From the NCBI RefSeq assembly GCF_009914755.1, contig NC_060927.1: a DNA stretch of 64,000 bases. One strand, written 5' to 3'. The stretch comes from the human T2T-CHM13v2.0 reference genome, Homo sapiens. The notes under the pieces were generated by a model. That model saw only the letters and a program-made list of their open reading frames with translations. It had not been told where the DNA came from and ran no database searches. This document shows positions 15,500-28,495 of this stretch, in pieces. Position 1 is the first letter of the stretch, and each line of letters starts with the position of its first letter. A program made the translations under genes and the position numbers.

Positions 15500-16320
15500 C
15501 TCTTGATTTAAAACCAATCTCCCCCCTCCAAATGTTTCTCCTGAGTCTTCCAATATTTCTGTTTTTGGCACTAATATTCACTCAATTGCTCAAGTCAAAA
15601 AGCCTGGCAATTATCCCACGTTCTCTTTTTTCCTCACCTGCAATATCCAATCCATCAGCAGAGTCAATAAATCTTGAATGCGACCACTTCTCGCCACCAC
15701 CACTGCTGCTACCCTGCCCTCATCTCTCAGCTGGACTCCTGAACTGGTCCTCTTGCTGCTGGACTGTTTCCATCTGACCCCACAGTGCTCTCCTTAACAA
15801 CCAGAGGAAAAGGCAAATCCGATTACATCAGTGCCCTCGGACCAGCCAGCCAAGATTGGATCCTACTTTCTCATTCATCCTGGAGTCAGAACCTCCTCCT
15901 GCCCAGCCACACTTGCTGTTCTTGGAACTTACTAAGGCTTGTTCCAACCTCACAGCTTTGCAGTTGCTGTCCCTTCTGCCTTCCACCAGAACTCCTCGGC
16001 CTCTTTTCATATTCAGGTGTCAATTCAAGCATCACCTCCTCAGATGGGCCTCCTGATTACATCATCCAAAATAGGCCCTCCTTTGCTTTATCTTGTGCTA
16101 ATTCTGTTCAAAGTCCCTCCATCCCTTTATCTCGTGCTAATTCTGTGCAAAGGACTTATTGCCAATTATGGGTATTTTTCTATGTTTGCTGTTGTCTCTC
16201 CAACTAGAATGAGGCTGTTCAGGAAACCCTGGGCTTTCTCCACAACTGCCACATTCACAACATTTAGAGTAATGCCTGTCACATGGTAGGTGTTCAACAA
16301 ATATCTGTGAAATGAATGAG
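15500..16320 (+). mobile_element. L2 LINE 3' fragment
   Basis: Pyrimidine-rich L2 body ending ...gcctgtcacatggtaggtgttcaacaaatatctgtgaaatgaatgag. Confidence 0.7.
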
Positions 16321-16614
16321 TAGATACAAAATAAAATATTGTTTAACCGTGTAAACTTTCTGGGTAATTTTGGAAATGGCTTCAACTCATAGAAATGGTC
16401 ACCATCCAAAACAATTTTTATGATTTCTGGGTAATGCCCCATTTTAGTGTGTTTAGGAAAAAAGTAATGGTGTGGACTTAGGCAGATCCGGGTCTCAGTT
16501 TTGAATATATATGTCCTTGGAATTTTTAAGCAAATTGTTTAAACTCTCTGGAAGTTAGTTTTCTCAGTTAAAAAATGAAAGTTTGAATTTTGTGAGCTCA
16601 AATTATTTTTAATT

Positions 16615-16990
16615 ATCTATTAATTAAACAAGTATTTACTGAGCATGTAGTATGTCCTAGGCATTTGGGATCGCTGGTGAACAAGACTGATGCCATCACT
16701 GTAAGCTTACAGCTTAGTGAAGGACTCGGGTTCTTCCAAATGGTGAAACGTGTGATAAAGAGAGGCACATGGTACAATGGAGCACAGACAGGGACCCTGA
16801 CTAAGTGTAGGCTCTCAGGGTAAAGACAGAGGCTGTGGCTTGAGATCTGAAAGATAGTTACGATTAACTAGGCACAGAGGGGTTGGGAGTCCTGCCAGTG
16901 TAAGGAGAGAGGCATGTTCTAAGAAGGGAAACAGGCCAGTGTGGCTGCCTGCAGAGAGTGATAGGGAGAGGTAGGCAGGGGCTAGCCTGT
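16615..16990 (-). mobile_element. L2 LINE 3' fragment
   Basis: Begins aacaagtatttactgagcatgtagtatgtcctaggc, the reverse complement of the L2 tail. Confidence 0.6.
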
Positions 16991-17399
16991 GTCACTCAGA
17001 GAGTGGTATGTGGACTGTGAACTGTTTGCTACCTTACTGGGGATGAGGCAAGTATAAAAATTGGAAGTCTACATTGTAGAAATTTTTGTAGCCATTTCAC
17101 AAAGTAATTTTATGTTTGTTAAACTAATAATAAAATTGGGCTTGCATTTTGTGTGACTTTTTCCATTTCATTTATTTGAAAAATTAATTGTTATTTTCTT
17201 TATAAAATCATCAATCTGCAAGGAATTGGACATTAAAAAAACAAAACCAAACAAAACCTGCCCTTCACCATCGTTTGTGTAACCTTGCAAGCTAAGTTAA
17301 AGATTTTGGTTTTCATCTTATGAGAAATAGTGTAAACTGTAGCAAATGCTCATGTCACTAGCACACTAGTTTGCTGTTTAAATGGGGGAAGTTTTAGCC

Positions 17400-17570
17400 A
17401 ATAATTTTCTTTTCTATTGTAATTATTTAACCTAATATATCAAAAATTATCATTTCAATATGTGATCATAAAATATTATTAATGAAGTATATATTTCTGG
17501 GACTAAATCTTTCCAAGTCACTCTGTATGTTAAGCTTCCAGCACATCCCAATTTAGGCAATGCATTTGAA
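17400..17570. mobile_element. MER33/MER3-like hAT fragment
   Basis: tatttaacctaatatatcaaaaattatcatttcaatatgt...actaaatcttt pattern. Confidence 0.5.
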
Positions 17571-18763
17571 TGCACAGGTCTTGTTTCCCCACTTTTATTT
17601 ATGTTAAGGTTGATCAGTGGGTCCAGGGACTATCTGCCTGTTCCTTTCATATAATTGTTTAACATTTGCCAACAATTCTCTTTACTTCAGTAATAGTTGA
17701 GTAAAACCAGTTTGCACGCTTACAGGAAGCCAGATTGTGAGCCTTTGGGTGGGCTTATATGCTCCTGCATCACCAGAGCCTACTTTATTACAGAGAGAAG
17801 CTCAATAATATTTGCCAGATTAAATTACAACCATAATTCAGAATAGCCATTCTCAACATTTTCAGCCTGTGATCCAACTGGGAACACCTGTACCCATCCC
17901 TTTTGGAGGAGGTCCCAGGAGACAAAGAGCCATTTACAAATGGCTGAGGGTGGGGACTGAGAGAGTGCTAGGGCCTCTCGGGGACACACACCCTTCCTTC
18001 CCCGCTTAAGCTTCAAACAATGTGTCGAGGGGCCTTTAAAAACCATTTACAACAAATGGTGGGTAGGCAGTGGACAGCATTTAAACAGTTGTGTATCTGA
18101 GTTACAATCTCAACTCTCCAACTGATTCTGGATTGAATTTTAAGCATTTTCCATCATTTCCTGCAAGCAACCATCACCTACCACCGGAAGCACAGTTCTG
18201 TGTTAGATCTAAAACTCAGTGATTCTTATAAAAACCCAGCAGTCCCTTTTGATGTGACAGAGAAAAATTGAGGGCAAAGACCTAGAGTTGGCTTATACTC
18301 ATTCCATTTTATCACATAAAGAACAAAACTACTGGAGCACAAGCCCCAGTTTTTGCTGAAGGCAATTAAATCCTAACCCATTCCAGCAAAATCATCAAGA
18401 TCCAGGCTTGAAGCCCCTCCATGCCATTACCTTTCCATACATTCTCCTTAGTCTGATGACTGAAATTTGTAAACAGCTGTCCCTGTCATTAGTGTGAGTT
18501 ACTGAGAATCCAGCTGTAATTCTATTCTTCTTTTCTAACTCTGTTAAGTTATATCCAAAAAGGGAAACATGTCAGGCCAGTAGGGCTCACATGATAATGA
18601 CTTATTCCATCAAGTCTCAATAATCTTCTAATGAAGAAAAGTACCGGCAAGGATTACCTAAACCAAGGGATAATCCTAAGTGACATGTTTAGAAACCCTG
18701 ATTTTTTTTTAAGGGATTAGCTCTAGCCTCCCAAACAGTTAAAAATCAGGTTGCTTCCCTAGC

Positions 18764-18782
18764 TGACAGCAGGGGGCAGCAG
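18764..18782 (+). promoter_or_regulatory. CTCF-like motif
   Basis: TGACAGCAGGGGGCAGCAG closely fits the CTCF core CCASYAGRKGGCRS. Confidence 0.45.
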
Positions 18783-19544
18783 ATCAGAGTCAGTTCTGTG
18801 CAAGTGGTTTCAAGGATGGAAAATCTGTGATGGAAAAATCCTCAAAGTACTTAAATCTAAATATAGAAAACCTAAAAGTTGATTCCTCATTTAAAATTTA
18901 TTTGACAAAAGAGTAGAGCTAAGTATAAAGAATTTTGCATTTATTTTCAGTCCATATTCTATATTACATTTATTTTACAGTTCATATTGCATTAGGTTGC
19001 ATCTTGTGAAGTTGCCATTTTTTTTTTTTTTTGGTAAGTCAGAAGCTGTTAAATATTGGTAATTTCATAGGATTAAACCTTATAGTTTGGAGCAGCATTT
19101 AGACATAGAACTACTCTTTAAGTATACACAAAGAACAGGCACATGTTTGCATTTGGCAACCGCCCCTGGTTCAGAGAGATGATTATGAGTCCCTGTGGAC
19201 GTTAAGATCAGTTCCTGCCTAATGCCCCTGCCCCTGCCTCTTCCTGCTCCCTAAAACTGGGATCATGGATAACCTTCAACTCCCATGACATCTTTTCCCA
19301 AACCAATCACATCTCCAGTGTCAGTCACTCTGTCCCCACCCACGTTTTTTAAATCTGTCCCGGTGACCTGCGTAGACCTATCTTGCTCTTTCTGGTTCTC
19401 TTGTTGTTTATCAGACCGGGACATAGCTGGGGCTAAAACCACGGGCTTCCACATATTCCCCTTCCTTTCACACTCCCAATTTTGAAAACAAGGTTTTTAT
19501 GTCTGAGTTGCCAAGCCTGAGTGAGCTCTTAGTCTGTTTTGTAT

Positions 19545-19730
19545 GTGTTTTTCAAAGTGTGGTTCCTGGACCAGAAGCATCAATATCACCTAGGAACCTT
19601 TTTGAAAACAAATTCTTCGGCCCCACTCAAACCCACTGAATCAGACATTCTAGATGTGGGAGTCTAGCAATATGAGCTTTAACAAGCTGTTCTGGTGATT
19701 CTGATGCCTGCAGAAGTTTGAGAATAACTG
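19545..19730 (+). mobile_element. MER5A
   Basis: ttcaaagtgtggttcctggaccag...actgaatcaga...gtttgagaataactg. Confidence 0.8.
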
Positions 19731-21339
19731 CACTAGGTCATAAAACTGTTTCTCTTTTGATTTTTGTTTTCTGTTATCAACTGCTTTGTATACCTTATTC
19801 TTTTTTCTAGACAGTGTCTAACTTCCTTTCCAGAGGCTTAAAGTTCAGCTTAATCCTAGATTAGTAGCTGCACTCCTGTTATATATGGAATAACTTCCTA
19901 GTAGCAAAATTCCAACTTCCTGGGATGCTGATATCACCCAGTCTGGCTTCTGCAGTGCTAGCCTCTGCCCACATGCTGGAATCCATGAAACTGGCCAATG
20001 GTGTCAGTACAACTGAAGTTTGTGGTGCTCCATGAATATGGTGCTTTGCCTACCCACAGAAGTCTCTTATTGATTGGCACTACCCCTGAGACTTGTCCTG
20101 TACTATGTCTGGTCTTTCTCTAACTTACTAGGACAAAATAACCATGTTTGGGCTTTAAATATGCCTCATGCTTTCCTGGTTGTTGAAATCCTATTTGAGC
20201 AGTTAAAACAAGAGGAAATGTTAGGATCTGTCATTCAAAGTGGATAATTTTACTCTAAAAATGGTCCAAATATTTGGTGCTTTTTCTAAAGACATTTTAT
20301 GCTTGCTTAAACCTTTCATCATTTTTATCTCTGTAGCAACATGGAGGTAAAGGAAAATGCCACCTCATACAAATGTAAATTTTGAGAAAGAAACGCTACT
20401 ATTTAAGCACAGTTTTTTTCAGACAATCCCTGTTTGCTTATTTGTCCATTTCTCCACTGGATATTGAGTTCCTTGAGGAAGGAAATATTTGACCTGTTCA
20501 GCCTTGTATTTCCAGCAGTAGCCTATAAGACAGTACATACCTAAGAAATGTTTAAGAAATGAATAAATTAAAAAACACACACACATACACAAACCCACTC
20601 ACATACAGAAATAAATGATACATTTCTCCAACTTGTCTAGATTATTAAATGTTTTTCAAATAAAAAATGAATTCATTGCATTTGACCAAGATTTAAGCTG
20701 AGTGTCTATTGTTGTGTTCAAGATAGAAGGCTAGAGTCGAATTGGTGCCAGTATTGGGACCTCTGTCAATAACGGACCTGGCAAAGCTACTGTCCTAAGA
20801 ATGCAGATCATCATCACATCTCAGGAGGCAAAGGCCTCAAAGGACATCTATTCAATCCATTCCATTTTTTTTGAAGGAGGAAACTGAGGACCACAGAGGT
20901 GAAGTCAATTTCATAAGGTCACTGAGTTGGTTGGGGGCAGACTTGGAACAGAGAGCCCAGGATTCCTGACTTTTAATCTCTTCACGGTCTGCTTTCGAAA
21001 TAGCTTTTTGCAATTATTTATAATGATAGAACCACATTGGAAAGTTTGACTTTTTCCCAAATACTTTTTTTCAAGATTATAAATATCTTAGAAAAATGAC
21101 AAGATGCCTGAAGCCGTATGTTCTGATGTATTTAAATTATTCTTATCTGTTTCTTTTAAGAGAAACTTGCTATAATTTTTTTTCTAAAGAGGTTCAAAGA
21201 GGCAATGTTTCCAAGCTTACAAATGAAAAATTCATTGGATACAGCACAGCCCAATTAACTCGAATGTTAACCAGAGGGTTCCTGAGATGATCAGTTAAGT
21301 TCACATGTATCTAAACTCAATTTTCTTTAACTTCATTTA

Positions 21340-21900
21340 TAATGAAAGAAATAGAAATAAATACAAGTTATCAATTTTTGTCTATCAGATTGGCAAAGAT
21401 TAAAAAGTGTGACAGTGTTTTTGGATGGCAGATTGCTGATGGAACCAAACTTCTAAATGCATATGGCCTTCTATCACTAATTTCACTGCTAGTTATTTCT
21501 ATTAGTGATAAAATTAGAAATGTGCAAATATTTCTATGTACAAGGATATGTTTATCCTAATCTTATTTAGAGTTATAAAAACTAGAAGCAACATACCTGT
21601 CTATAAATAGGTAACATATCATATATATACATTATAACCCAGTAAACAAAACATTATGCAGCTATTTAAAAAGATAAATTATATTTATATTTACTGAGAC
21701 TGGAAGATCTCCAGGACATAGGGAGCAGGGGAAAAATAGGGTTCAAAACCTCAGGTATAGTATAGTCCTTTTTACATAAAGTTGTGTGTGTGTATGTGTA
21801 TGTGTGATTATAAAGAGATATATGTAAGAATACCTTTTAAAATATTGACAGCAATTACCTACGGTGAATTTGAACTGCTTTTTATTTTGCTGTTTACGTT
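21340..21900 (+). mobile_element. Old L1 (L1ME-like) ORF2 end / 3' UTR remnant
   Basis: ctatcagattggcaaagattaaaaag...aaactagaagcaac...tatgcagctatt. Confidence 0.55.
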
Positions 21901-22244
21901 TGCTTGAGTTTCATATATGAGCAGGGATAAGCTTTAAAATTAGACCAAAAAAGTCCCAAACAAAACAACCCTACCTCCCCAGAAAAGATCTATCTTCATG
22001 TTTTAAACAAAATAAAGGTAAATAATGTTTTAGTATTGCCAAATTCTGCTTCATGATATTCTGAGGAATGGGTACTAGGCAAATGCATATAAGACATTTC
22101 AAAAGCCACAAGAGATAGGATTTCAAATATTGTTTGATTTGATTCTTATTTAAAATTGGAAAAATAAAAGTTAATTTAAGCTCTATTCACATTCTTAACT
22201 TTTTTAAAGATACCTTTGATGAAGTAATTCATGGCCCCAGACTT

Positions 22245-22676
22245 AAAAAAATTAATAATTATTTAAATTGACAAAAATTGCATATATTTATAATGTACGA
22301 TATGATGTTTTGAAATATGCATGCATTGTGGAATAGCTTCATTAAGTTAGTTAACATATGCATTACCTCATATATTAGCAATTTTGTGGTTAGAACACTT
22401 AAAAATCTACTCTCTTAGAGATTTTTGAGAATACAATACATTGTTGTAACTATAGTCCTCATGGTGTACAATAGATCTCCTGATCTCCTAAATAACTGAA
22501 ATTTTGTATCCTCTGACCAACATATCCCCAACTCCCTCCAGCCCACACCCACAGCCTCTGGTAACCACCATCCTGCTCTCTGCTTCTATGAGTTCAATTT
22601 TTTTAGATTCCACATATAAGTGAGAGCACATGGTATTTGCCTTTCTGCACCCGGCCTATTTCAGTTAACATAATGA
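22245..22676 (-). mobile_element. L1MA-like 3' end
   Basis: Antisense L1MA 3' UTR; degenerate TSD atggccccagactt (22231-22244) and atgacccctgactt (22677-22690). Confidence 0.8.
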
Positions 22677-23909
22677 ATGACCCCTGACTTTGATCCACAT
22701 ATATCTTGAATTGTTTTTAGCACTGATGGCTGCTCTGGACCATGTGTGTTTGTCCTGCCCATGTACCTAAGCGACTCTTGTTACCAGGAAATCGACAGCC
22801 AGTCATGGAAATGATTATGGCCACCTGCTGCGTAAGTGCTATATGCACATGTGCCTTCTGTGCCAAAGCTATCATCCACAGCACCAGCTCATGCTGCTAA
22901 TGCTGGCATTTTCCAGGGAAGCTTGTCCTAGATGAAGTGACTGGAGATAATGGAGTCATATACAATTCTCTTTTTTTTTTTGAGAAAACTAATTTCAATA
23001 CCAGTGAAATTTCTATTGCTAAAAAGCCAGCACTTTAACTGAATTTTTAAAATTCTAAAAGACATTGGAAACTAGTCTGAAAATTGGAACTAGGAACACT
23101 GATGAAATACAAATGGAATTTTAACTGTTCTGGGTAGTTACATCAAAAATCTTTACTTTTCCTCTTCCTATTTCAAGGTTCAGCAAGGAAGTCAATGTTT
23201 TTGGTGACAAGTGAGTGATGGGGAGAGAGGCAGGAGCTCCATTAACATTTGTTGAATGAATGAAGTTTCACTTTAAATTAAAATTTTGCAAGCATCAGGC
23301 TCACCTGAAGAGCCTCACCCTCAGATATTCTGATTCAGTAGGCCTTTGCAGAGTCCCCAAATTTGCTTGTAGGTGGTGCTGACCTGCTGGTCTTAGGACC
23401 ACCTTGAGTAGCACTGCTTTAGATTGCAGTCTGTTCCCTATGTTTGAATTGTGACCCACTCTGACATGCCTGATGGCAGAACACTTCTCTAGCTGGGAAG
23501 GTTGTGCCAGGACTCAGAAGACCCAATGGGACACAAAAGAAGAAACGGATATCCTCTCTGACAAGCCAGGCAGATCTGCCGAATTTGGCTTGGCGATTGA
23601 TGAGCAGAGCAAATGCTCCAGCCAGCTTGCTGTTACGTCCAGCCTGCACCAACTCTATCCAGATCAAGCAGGTTGGCATACAATTCATGCATATGAATAG
23701 CTGCTACTCTGGAGGATATCTTATATGTATTTTCATAGAGTAAAATTTGCATTTACATATAGCACATTTCTGCACAAGTGGATATGGCAAGATCTATGTA
23801 TACATATGGAAGGAAGGAGGATTGGAAAGATTATGTGTACTGAACCAGGGATTAAGCTAAATGTCTGTTGAATAAACCAGGCTATTTAGGGAAAAGAAAT
23901 GGTAGTGAG

Positions 23910-24150
23910 AACTATCATTTATGAAGCCTCTGTTATGTACCATGCACTAAGAACCTTCATGAACATTGTCTCAATTAATCCTTAGCACAAATGACACGAT
24001 AAGGTGGACACTGTGAACCTTATTTTGTGGGTGAGGTCTCTGAGTCTCAGAGGTTAAACAACTTGCCTAGTAAAAAATGAAATTACAGAATGGCAAACCT
24101 GGAATTTGAATTCAGTTATTGTTTTCAAAGTCTATACTCTCTCCACTTTA
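23910..24150 (-). mobile_element. MIR SINE
   Basis: ttattttgtgggtgagg...tgagtctcagaggttaaacaacttgcc. Confidence 0.6.
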
Positions 24151-25189
24151 TTTCCATTGACATAACATCAAGCAAATAAAAATTATCTAACCAGAAAATA
24201 TTATTATGAATCTAATATCAATTTGTATTCCCTATGCCGTTTATTACTCTCCTTGTTTGGGTTTTTGCTGAACACACAAAAGGGCTCAATACTAATACTC
24301 TAATTGTTTGGAAACTATAATCTCAAAAATATTGATTTCCTTATGTGGTAGCATTTGATTGTATTAATGTATTTTAAAAAGCATTTTCTTTTTACTAGTT
24401 CAGTATCATAAATTAGAGAGTCACTGTGTTTATGTGCCTTCCTGTTATAAATGGTCAGATGTCAATATTAAAGCATTTTGGATAGAAAAGGACCTGATTT
24501 TGGCAGAAATAACTTGGCCATGAATAAACCCAGAAGTGAAACCAAGCTTATGAAGGCCTGTATGATCTTTTCATTATATGAGAATTAAAAAAAAAAAAAG
24601 AGTTGCATGCAGTGTAGTGGCAAAGGGGCAGAGGGGCAGACTTACTCGAGTCCTGACTTACAATATGAAACATGCTACCCTAGTCACAAAAATGATACTT
24701 TTGAATAATTTATAATAACATGGGAAAAAGGCACTGTGTAATGCTATGTAAAAAAGTTTCAGAATTAAAGTGTACATGCAGTGTGACTTCAATGAAAGAA
24801 AACCATATACACAAAGAAAGAAAGATTTGTAGGAGCTACAACAAACTAGTAGAAATGACTGCATTGTGGGATGTGCTTATGGATCATTTTTGCTTTCTTT
24901 TCAAAACTTGTAAGTATTTTCCTGTTGCTTATTTTCTACCACGAGCGTATATATTTCTGTTATTTATTTTCTACCATTAGCATCTGGGCCACTGGGGCCT
25001 CCACCCCATGCGGGATGTGCTTTTGGGTTATTTTCGCTTTCTTTTCAAAACTTGTATTTTTCTGTTGTTTATTTTCTACTATGAGCATATATCACTTTAA
25101 TAATGAGAAATACATGTTTTTTAGAGTTAACCAAGTAATTCTTTTCCTATCTATAAAAATTTGCAGGTAGTCACAATTATTTTGGTAGT

Positions 25190-25626
25190 TGCATGGTTTG
25201 AGTGTCCCCACCAAAACTCACGTTGGAACCTTGATTCCCAGGGCAGCAATGTTGCAGGTGGAACTTTTAAGAGGTGGAGCCTGATGGGAGGCATCTGGAC
25301 CATGGGGCCTCCACCATCATGGGGAGCTTGATGCTATTCTTGTGATAGTGAATTCTCACACATGGGACTGGATTAGTTAGTGTGAGAATGGGTTGCTATA
25401 AAGTGAAGTTCCTCCTCATTTTGGCTCTTTCTTTTTTTGGCATACCCACTTTCCCTTCTGCTTCTCTGCCAGCTGCATGAGGCCCCCACCAGAAGCTGAG
25501 CAGATGCCAGCACCACGTTTCTTGGACTTCACAGCCACCAGAGTTGTAAGCCAAATAACTCTCTTTTCTTTATAAATTATCCAGTCTCAGGTATCTTGTT
25601 ATAGCAACACAAAACGAATCAAGACA
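25190..25626 (+). mobile_element. MaLR solo LTR (MST-like)
   Basis: TG...CA ends (tgcatggtttgagtgtcccc...gcaacacaaaacgaatcaagaca) with near-perfect 5-bp TSD gtagt/gtagc. Confidence 0.85.
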
Positions 25627-26334
25627 GTAGCTGTCATCGCAGTCCACTGTATGTTGTATGTGTGTTTCTGTCGGTGTGGGTAAGAAGGAGATGGGGATAG
25701 GGTAGTGAGAGTGGTGGAGTTGAGCCAAATGATTCCTTATTGATTATATTTTTCTCCTGTCATTATTTTCAAGGGTTCTGGAATCAGGTTCATATGCTGT
25801 CAATGTACTTTATTTTTCAAGATGCAATATACTAATATATGTCAGATGGGATTCATCTATGTACTTGAACATGTGGAAGACAAAGGAATAAAAGAAGTTT
25901 CTACATATGTAAGAGAAAACCTATCTCTTGGATTCTTAGAAAATAAAGTGAGTTAATAAACCCAGTAAAATAGTGCCTGGCATTTAGGAAATGTTAGCTA
26001 TTATTATTTCATCAAAAGGAGCTGCTTTTCATTTTAAACTTAAGCTCTGGGTCTTATATTTTCTCCTTTATGTTGATTCAGTGGGGTATTAGAGTAGCAT
26101 AATCAGTCAATACGTTTATTGTGCCCCTCATATATATATATATACATATACAAGGTGCTAAAAGAAATAAGAACAAATGTATATAATTAGAGCCTACCCT
26201 TAAGGAGCTTCAGGCCATCTTGTGTGATGGAGTTTACCATGTTACAAAAGTAAAAAGTTCATATTGTTTTATATTTAGGGAACTGCAGATGAAATCCAAA
26301 CAAAGTGTGGAGTCTACTTAATAGTAAGTACCAA

Positions 26335-26490
26335 AGGACCAAGGTTGGTTCATTAGTTGTAACAAATGTACCACAGTAATGTAAGATGTTAACAGTAGGA
26401 GAGACAGCATGCGGGGTACATGAGAACTCTGTGTATTATCTTTGTACTTTTCTGTAAATCTAAAACTACTCCAAAATAAAAAAAAAAGTT
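26335..26490 (+). mobile_element. L1MC-like 3' end fragment
   Basis: tgtaacaaatgtaccac...tttctgtaaatctaaaactactccaaaataaaaaaa. Confidence 0.65.
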
Positions 26491-26998
26491 TATTGAAAAA
26501 AATAGCCTCTGAGAAGCACTGGACATTTTTGCCTGCAAGCACACTTATCATCTTTCAACTCTGGCCTCCTTTCATGTAACCATAATAATATAATGACCAA
26601 TCATCTTAATTTTATTTCTCCAGGAAAGACCAGTGTGTTCCCTAGTTCCAACTACACAGAACCTAGGCTTTGGGGTTTCCCTTGCAGTGTATATAGGACA
26701 CATGTAGCCTCATGAGGTAGAAGTCAGGTCAGCTCTTTGGCTTGGGGAAAGCAGAATGTCCTAATTTTTTCTGAGTACCTGCTTGTAAGGATTTGGTAAC
26801 TCTGGAACCTTAGTTCAAGAGTTTTGGTATTATTTGTTAGGACTACCCAATATTAACCAGGTTTTGTGCAAGTGGGACAGAAAAGAGGCAGAGAAATGTT
26901 TCTCCTGTGTGAAATGATAATGTTGTCTCCTCTCTGGGCTTCAGTTTCCTCATCTGGAAAGTGGGGTGGGATCCACCAGTTCTAGCATTGCTTGGCAG

Positions 26999-27125
26999 CA
27001 CCACCTCTACCATCTCCACCTCTACTTCCAGCGCTTCCATCGACTCCACCACCTCCTCCATCTCTACCTCCACCACCACCGTCACCACTACCTTCACCAC
27101 CTCCAACATCACTCTCACTAACACC
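26999..27125. repeat. Degenerate (CAC/CCT)n low-complexity repeat
   Basis: caccacctctaccatctccacc... triplet periodicity. Confidence 0.85.
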
Positions 27126-28361
27126 ATACAATTATGGAACCAGAAGGCATACTAAATATTATAAAAATGGATTCTGATGAGGTAAACATCTTAAAGGTAA
27201 ACTCTGCAGAGGTGAACATACAAAATGCGGCACACCTTCTCAAATGGAGATTCATAGAGATAAAATTGCTCATGTCATCTAGGCAAGAAATTCTTCCTTT
27301 CATCTATTAAAATGTGGGCTGGCTGATTACCCTTTTTCCCACTAGGTTCAATGGAGTTGAGATGCTAATGAAGGCACCCTGTCCATTACTAACTTACATA
27401 GATGAGAGGTTAGAAGGTATTTAATCTGTTAATCCCTTCAAAATTGTGCATCTGCACAAAAGGCCTTGAAATCTGGTTACTCTGGAGATTTAACAAGAGC
27501 TGTTTAGTATAATTAGATCAGCATGATGAATACAAACCTCTAAACTATCATTTAACACTATGGTGGGCAAGGGAAATAGCGTGTTTAACAAAACTGTCTG
27601 CATCCATCCACTGGGGTTGGCATTATAAGGTTCATTAACTTATCCACACAAAATAAGAGTTTACGGGAAAAATATCACAGAGGAACACAATGAAAAAGAT
27701 AACTATTTTAAGTGAGGCAAAGGAACTCTCAACATAGACATGCCTCAAGGAGAGGATGTGAATGTTGGCTATAACCTGTAAATTCCTTTCTTAAAGTGTT
27801 CCAAATTTATGGATGACATTACTTCATTTTGGAAACTGACTTTGGGGCATGCTGCATTTTGTAAATGCTTTAAGACCTGCAGCTGCTGCTTCCTGCAGGG
27901 TGTGAGACCAGTGCTGGATTGTCTTAAGCCATTAGACCCCAGTCTTAAATCTCTTCTGGAGTTCAGTGCACCGTCACTTACTGCATTAGAGGTTAAGTTC
28001 TGAGGCAGCAATTGTCAGAAGTATTTTCTTCACAAGGAGCATAAAACACGAGCCCTGAAAGGATGACCTGGTCTAGTAAATGGCTCAGGGGCTGGGAAAA
28101 GACTGCATCATGCTGCTGAAACTCTGCCTCACAAATTTATGCCATTTGAATTCCTTTGGGAAATTCACTGCACCTAAAAATTACACTTCAGTATCCTTGT
28201 CCTGAAAATTAGACTTTCTACATGGTCTTCACTTTTGATTGAGTAGGCATCCTTTGAAATGAAGATGCTTACTGAAGAAACCAGGAGTGATCAGCTCTGA
28301 AAAACAGGATTGATACCTCTTATAAGACAGTGTTGGTAAAGCCTTCTCAAAATTCTTAGTC

Positions 28362-28495
28362 CAGTGGCTCTCAAAGTATGGTTCCTAGACCAGAAGCACC
28401 CACATACCTCGATAACTTGTCAGAAGTGCAATTTCTCTACTGAATCTAAAACTCTAGGGGGTGGGCTCTGTAATTTGTATTGATGGATATTCTTG
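28362..28495 (+). mobile_element. MER5A fragment
   Basis: cagtggctctcaaagtatggttcctagaccag...tactgaatc...gggggtggg. Confidence 0.65.

Noticed and set aside
15500-16990. Tail-to-tail L2 pair as a miRNA precursor (as in miR-28/miR-151)
   Set aside because: The tails are about 300 bp apart and too diverged for a compact hairpin.
19356-19422. 9-bp inverted repeat tgtcccggt/accgggaca
   Set aside because: Short, with a long spacer; probably chance or an old DNA-transposon remnant.
26843-27177. Val/Glu-, Thr/Ser- and Pro-rich ORFs
   Set aside because: Translations of a degenerate (CAC)n repeat.
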